A program made the position numbers and the translations under genes. From IMG/VR virus record IMGVR_UViG_3300025450_000016: DNA of 64,000 nucleotides. One strand, given 5' to 3'. Of the stretch, positions 10,265 to 20,753 are shown one piece after another. The notes beneath the pieces were generated by a model. That model did no database searches. It was not told the DNA's origin and saw only the letters and a program-made list of their open reading frames with translations. This DNA is from a virus. The number at the start of each line of letters is the position of its first letter. Within the stretch, counting starts at the first letter, position 1.

Positions 10265-13200
10265 TATGCACCACCGCCTACTATCGAGTTAGAAAGATTT
10301 AAACTTGCTGCTGTAACAGCCGTGATAATATCAATTGTATCCACTGTGGCTGCGCTGGTAATAATTTCCCAAGGCTCTGCGTTGATTTGGAAATAGTTAC
10401 CAAATACCAAATTGTTGTCGGCTGGCACAATCAATACGCTACTGATATTGGGCGCCAAGGTTGAATGCAGGTATGCAGCCAATTCTGAGAAATAAAATGT
10501 GTCACCAAAGTCCCAGTTTGCAATGTCAAAGTATGTGTTGATGGCCGCAACCACTTGACTCTTGATTTCGTTGTCGGTCACGTTGACCGATGGATTTTTT
10601 ACAATTTGAAATCTGGCTTGCAAGCTAGGATCTGCTTTGGCACCAAACAAGGGTTTGAATTTGGCAGGATTGTAAACAATGCTGTCGCTCATTGCTTTGA
10701 ATGAATCTAGGTTGTTGTAAGCCAATTCTAAACTGGTACTTGTTGGCAATTCTGGTTCAGAAACCACACCGGTCAAATCTCGCAACCAATTGATGTAACT
10801 CTTGGAATAGTCTGCTGTCAAGATATAAAGATCAATGATGTTGATTGGGGTTGGATCAATTCTACTGCGACTTGGTGCGTTGTGCGTGTATTGGAAATAC
10901 AGGCTGTCTCTAGTAGTGGCTGTGTTTGCCACTGTTTGGAACAGCTCAGGATTGCTGGGAACGTTTTCCATTTGTGTTTCAGGAATTTTTACATTGACCA
11001 CAGAGTCGTTGACGTATCCGTCAACTTCAACCACAGAATCATAAATCTGCCAGATGTGATCTCGTTCTAGCATACGATCAGAGTTGGGTTTAGTATTAAT
11101 TTTCAATATTTTAATAGTGTCGTTGATGTTGGTACCAGTGGCACTACTGTAAACTTTTGACAAGGGATCGTAATAAAACTTGGTATGACCGGCGCTGGAG
11201 AACGAGTAAGTCAGTGTTTTATAACTCACGTTGTACAAGCCGTTTTGATATTCAAACTTTAACAGCCAATCTGAACTGTTGCCAATGTCGGCTGGTAAAA
11301 TATTTTCCCAGGCCTGTGTCAATTGATTAAAACGTAAACCAAAGTTCACGTGTGCCTGAACCTGTGTAACCAATGTGGATACTAAACTGTTAGTAAAATC
11401 GTTTTTGTAAGCTGGAATTATTCCACCTTTGTCCAAGACTGCACCGGTTGGTACCACTGTGGCCAACTTGATCAAATTGGGGGTGTTTAAATCTGTACTG
11501 GCTACTACTGAGGAGACAGCAGCATACAAGTGTGTTGAATCAGTGGGCAATGCCACATTTCCGGGTTGTAGTGTTTGAGCTGCGTCGAAGTGGTAATTGG
11601 ATGGAGCGACAAATCGCAACAGCGCACCAGAATTCACATATTGCAAATTGCCTGTGGCTGATCCGCCCACAGCCTGCACGGTATTTGCCAATGTCAATGT
11701 ACCTGAGCTGATTGCAGTACTGTTTGATGTTTGATGGAATGTCAATCCCGACACCGATGTGATTGCCACGTTGGATACATTGGCCCAGGTATCGGCAAAC
11801 ACGTTGGCTGTAACTTGATAATTTTGTCCGTTGTATGACACCACAGTATTGCTGGTAAACACAGTATTGGCTGTCCACTGCTGGCTGTCTACAGCGTCAA
11901 TACGTGGGAAATTTTTGTAATAGTAATTACGCATTTCCGTACTGTTGATCATGGGAATCACATCATTGTAAATGGTTGTGTAAATGTCGTTGCTGGTCAG
12001 GAAATCAAAGGTGTTTGATTGTGTTTTGGTGTTTGAAGAAATGATACCGTCATCACCAAAAATATTTGTGGTTGAATAACTGCCAGTTGGATCAATGGCA
12101 TCCAAGTACAGGCTCACACCCGAACTGGTACGGTTAACTGCTTTGACTTTTTGTATGCCAGTAAAAGTGGTCAACGGAAATATGTTGTAATCCTCGCCAG
12201 TGATCATACGATTTTGTGTGTAATACTGTTGAGGTGCCAAGGCTTTGATGCTGGCCAGACTTTGTGCCGCTGTGGCATTGGTCACTGTGTATTTCAAGCT
12301 GGCTGTGAATGTGATAGTTTCAATTGAGTTCTTGGCACTGATGTAAGGAAATGCCACTGTCACTAGAGCCATATCGTCCGGAGTTATACTGTAGGTGGAA
12401 CCGTTGCACACGCGATAGAAAAATTTAAATAGGCCCTGCGGAATATTTGAGAAACTGCCGTCACCAAATACCAAGTTGACCTGATCGTTGTTGAGCGTGT
12501 TGATTTGATAAAGATTCTTGTCAACTTGTTGATTGTAAATCACGTTTACTCCGCCCAAAGCTGGAACTTGATCCCACAATTGGTTAGGCGATTGATCGGT
12601 ATTTAGGCTATATAGCCAAGCATCGGTGTTGTTGACGTTGGTGCCAGGAATACTCACATAGTTGTTGGGTATGCTGTTCTTGATATCAAATGTTGTGGCA
12701 TTCAGTGTGCCCTGTTTGAAATACAAGAAAAATCCAGTGTTGACGCTGCCGTTGCCGTTGTTGTCGTTACGATACAGGATATTGAACTTGCCTACTGTGG
12801 TAGGGTCCGCTTCGTACACATAAGTTTTGCCCACTGTGGTTGCACTGACAGCTTCAAAGCTCAAAGTGTTGCCACGAACTGTGGTACTGAACTGTGCCAC
12901 TGGCAAAGTATTTGTGTTGATGCCAATGGAATATTCTTGTGTTTCAATACCGTTGATTGTTTGTGTGTTGCCAGGTTTGCCAATCACTTGATTGGAAATC
13001 AATGCAGAATTCAGTACTGTGGTAAATTGTTCCAACCAGTTGTCGTTTGTGGTGTCGTTCCATAATATGGTGGCATTGGACAAGTCTTGTCCTGAGCTGT
13101 CGGTAATAGATTCTGTTGTGCTGACGCTTTCAATTTTTAACAGGCCATTTGAGCTGTTGGCACGTTTGGGATTGTAACTGAGCATACGAGCCAACTTCAT

Positions 13201-13491
13201 GATGCTGTCTCGACGCTGTGCTGTGTCTATAAAATTTTCACGGGCATTTAGGTCAGTACGGAAAGCTAAACTTTGACCCAAAAACGCAATCATATCTATC
13301 AATGCTAGATATTCTGAACTTTCTAGGAAATCGTTGAATGACTCGGGATAATAAACTTTGAGGTAGTTTATCATTGAGCTACGTAAGGTTTCAAAATCGT
13401 AGCTGGTAAAGTCTGCGTTGGTAAAAGTCTGATAAATCTTGGTCCAGTCTTGCTGAACTAATAGATTTGTTTGACGTGTTGTTTGTGCCAT
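10264..13491 (-). CDS. gp6: Baseplate wedge subunit, T4 gp6-like
   Basis: N-terminal motifs DFETLRSSMINYL..YPE.FNDF.ESSE...LID..A..GQ.LAFR.DLNARENF..TAQRR.S..KLARML.Y.P and QNRMITGEDY. Likely start MAQTT at 13491, downstream of the late promoter (ORF track start 13515). Confidence 0.9.
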   Translation of the reverse strand: MAQTTRQTNLLVQQDWTKIYQTFTNADFTSYDFETLRSSMINYLKVYYPESFNDFLESSEYLALIDMIAFLGQSLAFRTDLNARENFIDTAQRRDSIMKLARMLSYNPKRANSSNGLLKIESVSTTESITDSSGQDLSNATILWNDTTNDNWLEQFTTVLNSALISNQVIGKPGNTQTINGIETQEYSIGINTNTLPVAQFSTTVRGNTLSFEAVSATTVGKTYVYEADPTTVGKFNILYRNDNNGNGSVNTGFFLYFKQGTLNATTFDIKNSIPNNYVSIPGTNVNNTDAWLYSLNTDQSPNQLWDQVPALGGVNVIYNQQVDKNLYQINTLNNDQVNLVFGDGSFSNIPQGLFKFFYRVCNGSTYSITPDDMALVTVAFPYISAKNSIETITFTASLKYTVTNATAAQSLASIKALAPQQYYTQNRMITGEDYNIFPLTTFTGIQKVKAVNRTSSGVSLYLDAIDPTGSYSTTNIFGDDGIISSNTKTQSNTFDFLTSNDIYTTIYNDVIPMINSTEMRNYYYKNFPRIDAVDSQQWTANTVFTSNTVVSYNGQNYQVTANVFADTWANVSNVAITSVSGLTFHQTSNSTAISSGTLTLANTVQAVGGSATGNLQYVNSGALLRFVAPSNYHFDAAQTLQPGNVALPTDSTHLYAAVSSVVASTDLNTPNLIKLATVVPTGAVLDKGGIIPAYKNDFTNSLVSTLVTQVQAHVNFGLRFNQLTQAWENILPADIGNSSDWLLKFEYQNGLYNVSYKTLTYSFSSAGHTKFYYDPLSKVYSSATGTNINDTIKILKINTKPNSDRMLERDHIWQIYDSVVEVDGYVNDSVVNVKIPETQMENVPSNPELFQTVANTATTRDSLYFQYTHNAPSRSRIDPTPINIIDLYILTADYSKSYINWLRDLTGVVSEPELPTSTSLELAYNNLDSFKAMSDSIVYNPAKFKPLFGAKADPSLQARFQIVKNPSVNVTDNEIKSQVVAAINTYFDIANWDFGDTFYFSELAAYLHSTLAPNISSVLIVPADNNLVFGNYFQINAEPWEIITSAATVDTIDIITAVTAASLNLSNSIVGGGA

Positions 13492-13515
13492 ATTGTATCT
13501 TTGCCCTGTATTCAA

Positions 13516-13521
13516 TATTTA
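13516..13521 (-). promoter_or_regulatory. Late promoter TAAATA (gp6 and giant protein)
   Basis: The same hexamer precedes structural genes at 13924(-), 19755(-), 34634, 36387, 36702, 40776, 41411, 45473, 45593, 53846, 55012, 58795(-), 60324, 62322(-) and 62380. It matches the T4 gp55 TATAAATA core. Confidence 0.75.
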
Positions 13522-13543
13522 TCAGGGCAAATAATATGGTCAG

Positions 13544-13918
13544 TTAATTAGTGGTCAGGGTGTTTGAAGCGCGGTTAAAATTCAGGTTAATTACGTCGGT
13601 TTGATCTGTGGGTATATAGGCCAAGGTCAATTGTACCAAAAATCCATTTTCTTGCTGTGTCACAGCCACTTGCCCAATGGTCAATCTAGGATCGTACGTT
13701 ACAATACGTTTGATATCGTCGGTGATCATCTGTTGTGTATCTTCAGTCAAGGGTTCAAACAGCATATCCCAAATAATAGTGCCAAAATTTGGTTGCATTA
13801 GTTTTTCGCCCTTGCGTATGTTGAAATAGTTCAAGAGGTCTTGTTTGGCCAACTCGTAGTCGGTCAACGTGTATTTTTTGGGGCTATTTCTTGTGCTGAA
13901 TCCGCGATATGTAATCAT
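13544..13918 (-). CDS. gp25: Baseplate wedge subunit, gp25-like
   Basis: KQDLLN.F.IRKGEKLMQPNFGT.IW..LFEP...YDPR motif; 124 aa; adjacent to gp6. Confidence 0.92.
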   Translation of the reverse strand: MITYRGFSTRNSPKKYTLTDYELAKQDLLNYFNIRKGEKLMQPNFGTIIWDMLFEPLTEDTQQMITDDIKRIVTYDPRLTIGQVAVTQQENGFLVQLTLAYIPTDQTDVINLNFNRASNTLTTN

Positions 13919-13926
13919 AATAGTAT

Positions 13927-14592
13927 TTATTGACCTAAAACAGTAACAGCATAGCGGCCAGCATTGTAATAGATTTGCCCGGCTCCTATGTTGTGATATC
14001 TCCAGGCATAGGCACCGGTTCCGATCGGCAAAGTTGAGTGTGCGCTGGATCCTGCCCCTAACCCCCAGGCCACATATATCATTCCGGCTACAACATCAGC
14101 AGTATCTTGATCAGTTATGGCGTTGATCAAGCCCAATTGATAGTTCAAATCCAGCAAACGTTGATAAGCCAAGTGCTCTTGTGCAGCTGGGCTAGTTAAA
14201 AATCCGTTCAAATTGGTAATGTTGTACAGATATGTTGCATAGGAATTGGTGGCATTTTTAACAGCAGTCTGACGCCAGCAGTTGCGGTAGTTTACACAAC
14301 CTGACCCGTATGCTGTGTTGGATCCTGGTGCCAACAATCCGTACTGTTCCAGTATGGTTGTTTCAAATTGATATCGGCCCAACTCGTTGTCGTCACCAAT
14401 CAAGGCGTAATTCCAAGCACTTTGATCGTACGCAATCTGTGCCAACAAATTGCGTATTTGTGCAGATGTCAATGCATTATTGCCGGTGGCCCAAGCCGGT
14501 GGGGCAATAGGTGCGTCGGCACGACCCAACCACGAATTTGGTAATGGGTTGGCTACTGCTACGCGACTGGCAGCTAAGATTCCAGCATCCAT
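13927..14592 (-). CDS. Lysozyme-fold-like virion protein
   Basis: LGRYQF and F..SP..QE motifs resemble lysozyme-like muramidases. Lies immediately after gp5; likely start MDAGI at 14592. Confidence 0.5.
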   Translation of the reverse strand: MDAGILAASRVAVANPLPNSWLGRADAPIAPPAWATGNNALTSAQIRNLLAQIAYDQSAWNYALIGDDNELGRYQFETTILEQYGLLAPGSNTAYGSGCVNYRNCWRQTAVKNATNSYATYLYNITNLNGFLTSPAAQEHLAYQRLLDLNYQLGLINAITDQDTADVVAGMIYVAWGLGAGSSAHSTLPIGTGAYAWRYHNIGAGQIYYNAGRYAVTVLGQ

Positions 14593-14593
14593 G

Positions 14594-15982
14594 TTATTTT
14601 GATCTCTTCCAAGGTTCGTGTGACGGTGCCACTGTACAGATAGAATCAAACGTGTCACCTTCGGTCCATACGCCGTTGGTCAATGCCACATCTGGGTGCG
14701 GGGTTGTTGTAGGCGGTGTAGCCGGTGATGGAGAACCACCGCCACCATTGTTTAAGTTTACCTTGCTGCCATTCAGTGATATTTCTCCATCAGAGCTGGC
14801 GCTGAATCCATTGGCTGCCGCAAACGATCCTGTGCTCATTGAATGCAAGGTCATTGGCCCAATGGATTTAAATGATGCGCTGTCCATTGCATTTAGATTT
14901 ATCTTGCCGTCGGTGTCTAAAGTAATACCTTTGCCACTGGCACTGATATGTACTGTGTCTCCCTGTATGTTTACTGCTTTGTCACTGTGTAGATTCAGTG
15001 TGCCTTTGCTGCGTACATTAAATCCACGATCTGCGTAAATGTTGATTTGTCCGTTGGGACTGAACTCCACCCACTGATGCCCAGATGCGCTGGCAATGTA
15101 AAGCACTTGTTCAGTATCGTTCATCAAAATTTGGTGTCCACCTGAACTACGCAATCTAATCAGTTGATCTGTGCCTTCGGGGTTGACTGGATCTCCGGCG
15201 GCTCCGTCATCCATTACAAAGCTGTGCCCGCCTTTGCGATATATAACTTCTTGGGTTTTACCAGGCACTTGATTGGTTGCAGTGGCCTTGCGACCCGGAG
15301 TGCTGATTCCGTATACATTGCTGGGCGATTCACGTAAACTACTAGAACTAATAGCGCCGCGTATTTTATCTCGATCAAGTCCTTGATTGAGCAGTATAGA
15401 AGTCTGTACATCGTGTGGGTAACGTGGAGTACTGGTCAGTGCATCTTTGGTAAAGGCCTTGGGATCGCTGGTGCTGTATTCTATCACCGGGACCACAGTA
15501 TTGCTGGATATTTTACTAGCCAAGGCATCTGTGCTAGGAGCAGTTTTGTTACCAACAGCTCGACCCATCCCAGGAACCATATGGTGACTTGGTGTATCGT
15601 ACACACAAGCAAACCAGTAACCGCGTCCTAAGTCGCCGGCCACAAAAGTGACCAATACTTTGCAACCAATGTCGGGTGGTACCATCCACATACCGTAACT
15701 TTGACCGGCTGTGGCTGCAGTATTGGGTAAATTTTGTCTATCAGTTCCGTAAGTGGTTCCGTAAAATGGACTGGCATAGCTGACAGGAGTGTATTTGCCG
15801 TTGGGGTCGAATGTGCCGTCACGCTCGGGTATGTACACTTCCAGTTGTCCCATACGCGATCCTTCCACGTGTCTGACCACTATGGCTTCGTATGGACCCG
15901 GGTCCACTGTCATTCCAGAATTTTTGCCATCGGCTTTGGTACTTTGATCTGCACCGGTTCGGCGTATTAGATTTGATCCCAT
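14594..15982 (-). CDS. gp5: Baseplate hub/spike protein, gp5/VgrG-like
   Basis: OB-fold region (RMGQLEVYIP, YASPFYG, YGMWMVPPDIGCKVLV.F), GH.FVMDDG / IRLRS..GHQILMND, then beta-helix repeats and a C-terminal APSHEPW. Confidence 0.8.
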   Translation of the reverse strand: MGSNLIRRTGADQSTKADGKNSGMTVDPGPYEAIVVRHVEGSRMGQLEVYIPERDGTFDPNGKYTPVSYASPFYGTTYGTDRQNLPNTAATAGQSYGMWMVPPDIGCKVLVTFVAGDLGRGYWFACVYDTPSHHMVPGMGRAVGNKTAPSTDALASKISSNTVVPVIEYSTSDPKAFTKDALTSTPRYPHDVQTSILLNQGLDRDKIRGAISSSSLRESPSNVYGISTPGRKATATNQVPGKTQEVIYRKGGHSFVMDDGAAGDPVNPEGTDQLIRLRSSGGHQILMNDTEQVLYIASASGHQWVEFSPNGQINIYADRGFNVRSKGTLNLHSDKAVNIQGDTVHISASGKGITLDTDGKINLNAMDSASFKSIGPMTLHSMSTGSFAAANGFSASSDGEISLNGSKVNLNNGGGGSPSPATPPTTTPHPDVALTNGVWTEGDTFDSICTVAPSHEPWKRSK

Positions 15983-18432
15983 TATGTGCCCTCACCCCAT
16001 CCATCGTTTGGTATTTTTTCAGATCTTGCGGCTGTGCCATCGTCGGGGAAATCTTCAACTTCGGCAGCTCTGTACAACGATCCGTCTTTGTATGTATTGC
16101 CCAGGCTGTCGGTAGTATAAGTATCCAATTCAGTATCATATCCGTTTTCGGCAATCTTTTGTTGATACGTGGCTGCATCACCGGCTGCACTGGACCCGTT
16201 GGTAGGCAGTAAACTTTTGAGATTGTCTTGTAATGTGCCGACTGCACCGCCAACTGCGCCAACAACTGCACCGCCAATGGTACTGCCCACTCGACCAAAT
16301 GCTGAGCCTGCGCCCGATCCAGTACTGCCTGCACCAAATGCTTTGGCTGCATCGCTGTTGTTGTAACGAACCAAGTCCAACTCCTGTGTGAACACCCCAT
16401 GACTGAATTTGTTTTTTATTGTTAAAATTTTGTACTGTCCACTAAAAAAACTGGTACGCATACCAGGCTTTGGATATACCAGACCTTGGTTGGTGATATC
16501 TATATCAATGTCTACCGGAGTGTTTACAGTAAGCGAGCAAACCACTTCTCCACTGTCCATTTTGATATGACCATACTGTGCAGCGAATCGATCTTGTCCC
16601 AATGAAAGATAGTTGCCGGCACCTTTTATTCCCAATCCGCCCAGCAATCGATTCACAGTACCATTGATCAAACTGTTTACTGCACCAGTCACAATGTTTG
16701 TGGCTGCTGTTGCCAAACTGTTTTCCAACTGCCCCAACAAACTGTTATCTGTTGACACTTGTACCGAATCAGCAGAAACAGCACCAGATCCGGTTTTGCT
16801 TGAGGGCGTTGGGGTATATAACCAATCGTCTTGTTTGATCAAGGTAGGATCGCCCACGATAGTCAAATGCACGTTGACCATGTCGCCGGCTGCATTACTG
16901 TATACTGATTTCAATATGTCGGCACTTTGTTGTGCCGCTGGTCTGTTGATAATGTTTAAACCAACTGTGTTGCTTTGGTCGCCCACCACGCTGTGATATC
17001 TAACTGGTGTTGCTGACGGTATCTGTGCCAGCTGTGGAATAAATTGAGAAAGAAAACTCAAGCTCGGCATAAAACTTGGCAATTTGCTGGTTACTTCTTC
17101 GCTGTTGGTGTTTTTTGTAACCTGTGTGGCTGCATTTGTTTTGGTATATTTGTTAACAGCCGTGTAAAAAGTAGTATCAAACTGCAATTTAAAATCAATG
17201 ATATCGGTATTTTTTCCTGTGTATATGTAGTTGTAAATCTTGGCTGTGTATGGTGTGCTGTCCGACAACTGTGGCAAGTCAGGATGATCTGTTTTCCAAG
17301 TTGGATACTGTAGTATTTTATAAGTCAGCTGTTTGCCATAGGTATTGCGTGTTTTATCGTAGGCCAGGAATGTGGATTTAGTCACTACCTTGAATGCGTT
17401 AAACACAGAAGTTTCTGTGCTTTCTTTTTTTTCAGGCTTTTCCAATCCCAGTTGTTTGTTGATTAGCCAATCGCTTTGTGCCAACACTTTGTTAATAATG
17501 TCAACGTAGGTAGTACCTTTTGGTATGTTAAAAGTGTTTTTGCTGAGATCAATGCCAGGAGCAACTGCGCCAGTTTTTTTAAAGCCATCGGGGTTGCCTT
17601 GGCTCAATGGGGTCAGCTGGTCTGACACTATACTGCTTTTGGCTATTTCTGGATCAAATTCCCATTTAAAAACATCAGCTACTGTGCGTTTGCCATCAGT
17701 GACTTCGGCCTGATAAAAATCTGCCAATTCGCCAGCCACTCCTTTGGTAGGCGGTTTGGCATTGGGGTCTCCGTTGAAAAACTCATCAACTGTTCGAGCT
17801 GTAATAGACATATTGCGTGGAGTAGTGCGCAGTTCGTCGCTGTGTGCATCACCGGATCCGGTAGGAACAAATCCCAGTTTGTATTCGGTGCCCTTGGTAC
17901 CAACACTGATTTTGCACTCAATGATTTTTATTGGAAAACGTTTTCTAAATATGTTGGCATACTGTCGACCGATTGGATTGCCGTTGTCATCGTAGCCGGT
18001 AAAATTTAATTCTAACATATAGGGCTGTTGCAGGTAATTTTGAAATCCCGACGATGTTTGACTGGCCATCAGCAGGCTGTCAATCAAGGTAACTCCGTAG
18101 GGTTCAATGATGGTAAACGTACCTTCAATCATGTTGGTACTTTTGCTTTTTTTATTAAGTCCAATTACTGTTGTAAATTCAACATCTTGAATATAATAAT
18201 TTAGGCCGGCTGTGCTGGGCAGTCGGCGATCTGGATATAGACCGGAATCTTCGGCGACCACGTAGCTGTTTGGCCCCAACTGATAAGTGACAGCACTTTC
18301 AACTTGACTGGCAGTCAATGCATTGTAGTCTGCAACATCCAACCACCATAGGCTCCAAGTGTAGGTATAGCTGGCGTAATTGTGCAGGGGATTGGGTACT
18401 ACACTAGTGGGAATTGGAGCTTGAACGGCCAT
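15982..18432 (-). CDS. Baseplate hub protein (gp27-like)
   Basis: NPLHNYASYTY at the N-terminus, I.GDP..I, and FSG.Y.I..I.N.F..G.FTQ.L.L.R. Located between gp53-like and gp5. Confidence 0.6.
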   Translation of the reverse strand: MAVQAPIPTSVVPNPLHNYASYTYTWSLWWLDVADYNALTASQVESAVTYQLGPNSYVVAEDSGLYPDRRLPSTAGLNYYIQDVEFTTVIGLNKKSKSTNMIEGTFTIIEPYGVTLIDSLLMASQTSSGFQNYLQQPYMLELNFTGYDDNGNPIGRQYANIFRKRFPIKIIECKISVGTKGTEYKLGFVPTGSGDAHSDELRTTPRNMSITARTVDEFFNGDPNAKPPTKGVAGELADFYQAEVTDGKRTVADVFKWEFDPEIAKSSIVSDQLTPLSQGNPDGFKKTGAVAPGIDLSKNTFNIPKGTTYVDIINKVLAQSDWLINKQLGLEKPEKKESTETSVFNAFKVVTKSTFLAYDKTRNTYGKQLTYKILQYPTWKTDHPDLPQLSDSTPYTAKIYNYIYTGKNTDIIDFKLQFDTTFYTAVNKYTKTNAATQVTKNTNSEEVTSKLPSFMPSLSFLSQFIPQLAQIPSATPVRYHSVVGDQSNTVGLNIINRPAAQQSADILKSVYSNAAGDMVNVHLTIVGDPTLIKQDDWLYTPTPSSKTGSGAVSADSVQVSTDNSLLGQLENSLATAATNIVTGAVNSLINGTVNRLLGGLGIKGAGNYLSLGQDRFAAQYGHIKMDSGEVVCSLTVNTPVDIDIDITNQGLVYPKPGMRTSFFSGQYKILTIKNKFSHGVFTQELDLVRYNNSDAAKAFGAGSTGSGAGSAFGRVGSTIGGAVVGAVGGAVGTLQDNLKSLLPTNGSSAAGDAATYQQKIAENGYDTELDTYTTDSLGNTYKDGSLYRAAEVEDFPDDGTAARSEKIPNDGWGEGT

Positions 18433-18435
18433 GGT

Positions 18436-18735
18436 TTATAAACCCAATGCTTTTTTGATTGTGGTAGCAGTGGGCACGTAAATGATGTTGGGTGCAAGAA
18501 AATTAAAAACAGGATCTTTAAGTACATCTGGATTACGCACCGCAAACACCCACCACAAGTTGCTGTCGCCATACAATTTGTGTGCCAGCAGATCGGGACG
18601 TAGGTTAAAAGGTGGGTCAATTTCGTATCTGGCATCGGTGCTGGCAGCAGGAATTGTTTTTCCAACCCATATGTCTAAAAATGGCCCCCACGTGCCGGTA
18701 CCATTGTAAGGGCTAGTGTTTGAATATTTGGCCAT
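18436..18735 (-). CDS. Baseplate wedge protein, gp53/LysM-like
   Basis: RPDLLAHKLYGDSNLWWVFA.RNP motif. Confidence 0.8.
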   Translation of the reverse strand: MAKYSNTSPYNGTGTWGPFLDIWVGKTIPAASTDARYEIDPPFNLRPDLLAHKLYGDSNLWWVFAVRNPDVLKDPVFNFLAPNIIYVPTATTIKKALGL

Positions 18736-19733
18736 TAAATAAATCCACCATTTTTATTGTTGCTGGCATACTGAGAACCGTGACTTGCACCAAACGCACT
18801 GGCTGGGTTGCCAGCACCAGGCGGATTGATCAATGAACCATTGGAGAAATCTTCGAGACTGAAGTTTTGACTCTGTGCGGTACGACTGTAAACAGGTTGC
18901 AGAGACACTGAAATAGAACTGGTAGTTGGCAAGCGTGTGCTGTTTAATCTTGCACCGGTCAACTGTGGGTTGAAATTGGGCAAGCCTGGTTCAGGAATGT
19001 CCATATAGTCAACTTCAGCCGGCATAGTGTGACTGAAACTGGTGACCACACACGGCACATTGGGCAAATAGTATTGACCATATCCGTTCAAATAAACTAT
19101 GGGCGGTGGGTTACCTACTAGGTCTGCTGGATCAGATCCAAAAAACATTTTAGTAACGCTGCGGAAGAAATAGATACAGGCCAACAGGTATTGACCTTCG
19201 TTGATGTTTTGCACAGTAAAATCGCCCGAGATTGAAATGGCCGACACTTCACTGCTTTCGTAATAGTATTGTGCGTAATTGTTGTGAGTTAATTTTTGCG
19301 AAGAATAGTTTGCAGTATGAGTTATCTGCACTTGTGGAGTATACGGAAAAACTACACCAACTCGTTGCGATCCGCCAAATAGCGCATTGGCTATGCCGGT
19401 CAAGGCAAAATCGCCACCGCCACCCGATCCATTGACTTCAGTACGCAACGGACTCAGTAAACTGTTGTTGGGATCGTTGTAAAAATAGTTTGCGCCAGCC
19501 GGTAAACTGATACGCACTCGCCAGTCCTGATTGGCATTAGGATAGGTAAATCTAGGTGCAGGTGCAGTTGTTTTGGTGCTGTACTTGAACATATCAGCCA
19601 CGTTTACTGCATTGGATCTTGAACTCAATCCAACAGAACCCAACAGGCTTGAGCTTATGGCCTGCCCGATCTGTTGCCCAAATGAGCCGTCTAAGCTGTT
19701 ACCGGGTAGTGGTGCGTTAGGTAAAACTGGCAT
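18735..19733 (-). CDS. Baseplate-tail tube junction/initiator protein (gp48/gp54-like)
   Basis: FPYTP.V...H.A.Y, G.PPP.V.L.GYG.Y..P.VPCVV.SFS motifs; first gene of the baseplate operon. Confidence 0.6.
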   Translation of the reverse strand: MPVLPNAPLPGNSLDGSFGQQIGQAISSSLLGSVGLSSRSNAVNVADMFKYSTKTTAPAPRFTYPNANQDWRVRISLPAGANYFYNDPNNSLLSPLRTEVNGSGGGGDFALTGIANALFGGSQRVGVVFPYTPQVQITHTANYSSQKLTHNNYAQYYYESSEVSAISISGDFTVQNINEGQYLLACIYFFRSVTKMFFGSDPADLVGNPPPIVYLNGYGQYYLPNVPCVVTSFSHTMPAEVDYMDIPEPGLPNFNPQLTGARLNSTRLPTTSSISVSLQPVYSRTAQSQNFSLEDFSNGSLINPPGAGNPASAFGASHGSQYASNNKNGGFI

Positions 19734-19754
19734 AAGTGTTCCTGTGTTATACAG

Positions 19755-19760
19755 TATTTA
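19755..19760 (-). promoter_or_regulatory. Late promoter of the baseplate operon
   Basis: AATAAATA 22 nt upstream of the 19733 start. Confidence 0.75.
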
Positions 19761-19803
19761 TTGATATCAATATGTGGGCATATAAAGATTTTTTTAAAAA
19801 AGG

Positions 19804-19833
19804 TTGACCTTGCGAAGATAATTATGTTAGTAT
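19804..19833 (+). promoter_or_regulatory. Sigma70-type promoter for gp55
   Basis: TTGACC-N18-TAGTAT with an extended TG. Confidence 0.6.
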
Positions 19834-19857
19834 GTGCTAACTTTAAAGGAACTAGAG

Positions 19858-20742
19858 GTGCGCCATAACTATCTTAACAACAAAGACATTCTAAAAGAAA
19901 TTCACAAAAGCAAAAATACCTATTGCTACTATACTGCTCCTGCCTACGCAGACTACGATATGATTTTGCCAGCAGTATCAAAAATAAACAAAAAGAACAT
20001 CTTGCAAGCACGTAAAGATCGTGCTGTGCGTTTGCAAAAGCTGGCGCACGAAGCAGCTACAGCCGACGGCACCAAGCGCAAGATGGACGAATTTGAAATC
20101 AAGCTCAAGGACGTGCCTGACACCGATGTGGTATTCCGTGTCATGACATGGGATCATATTCCAGTGGACGATGTCAAAAGCCGCAAAGCCGCTATCAAAG
20201 CCTACGAAGAAGAAGAGGGTGCTGTTACTCATTCCGAGTACGACGATGACACCTTGGACATTGCCGGCAATACCAAATATGTCAAAGTTAATTTTCCGCC
20301 GTTTGAACACTACACAGTTACCGAAGAGGGCGAACCTGTATTGGTGGGACGTAGTCACTGGCAAGGTGATTTTGTCAAGGGCAACTTCAGCAAAGATCAC
20401 GGCAAAATGACTCCAAAATTGGCTCATATGTTTATCAAGCTGTGCGAACGCTATGCCACTCGTAGCAACTGGCGTGGTTACACCTACAACGACGAAATGC
20501 GTAGTCAAGCATTGTTACAGTTATCACAAATTGGACTACAGTTTGATGAATCTAAAAGTCAAAATCCATTTGCCTATTACACAGCGGCCATTACCAACAG
20601 TTTTACACGTGTTCTAAATATTGAAAAACGTAATCAAAACTTACGTGATGACATTTTAGAAATGAACAACTTAACACCAAGCTACACACGTCAAGGTATG
20701 AAAATCAGTACCGGCAGCAGTGATGGTGGCTACGACGATTGA
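19858..20742 (+). CDS. gp55: Late-transcription sigma factor, gp55-like
   Basis: C-terminal NWRGYTYNDEM..QA...FDE.KS.NPFAYYT....NSF.R....EK motif; upstream of gp47/gp46 as in T4. GTG start at 19858 follows an AAGGA SD. Confidence 0.88.
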   Translation: MRHNYLNNKDILKEIHKSKNTYCYYTAPAYADYDMILPAVSKINKKNILQARKDRAVRLQKLAHEAATADGTKRKMDEFEIKLKDVPDTDVVFRVMTWDHIPVDDVKSRKAAIKAYEEEEGAVTHSEYDDDTLDIAGNTKYVKVNFPPFEHYTVTEEGEPVLVGRSHWQGDFVKGNFSKDHGKMTPKLAHMFIKLCERYATRSNWRGYTYNDEMRSQALLQLSQIGLQFDESKSQNPFAYYTAAITNSFTRVLNIEKRNQNLRDDILEMNNLTPSYTRQGMKISTGSSDGGYDD

Positions 20743-20753
20743 ACAAATTAGTA

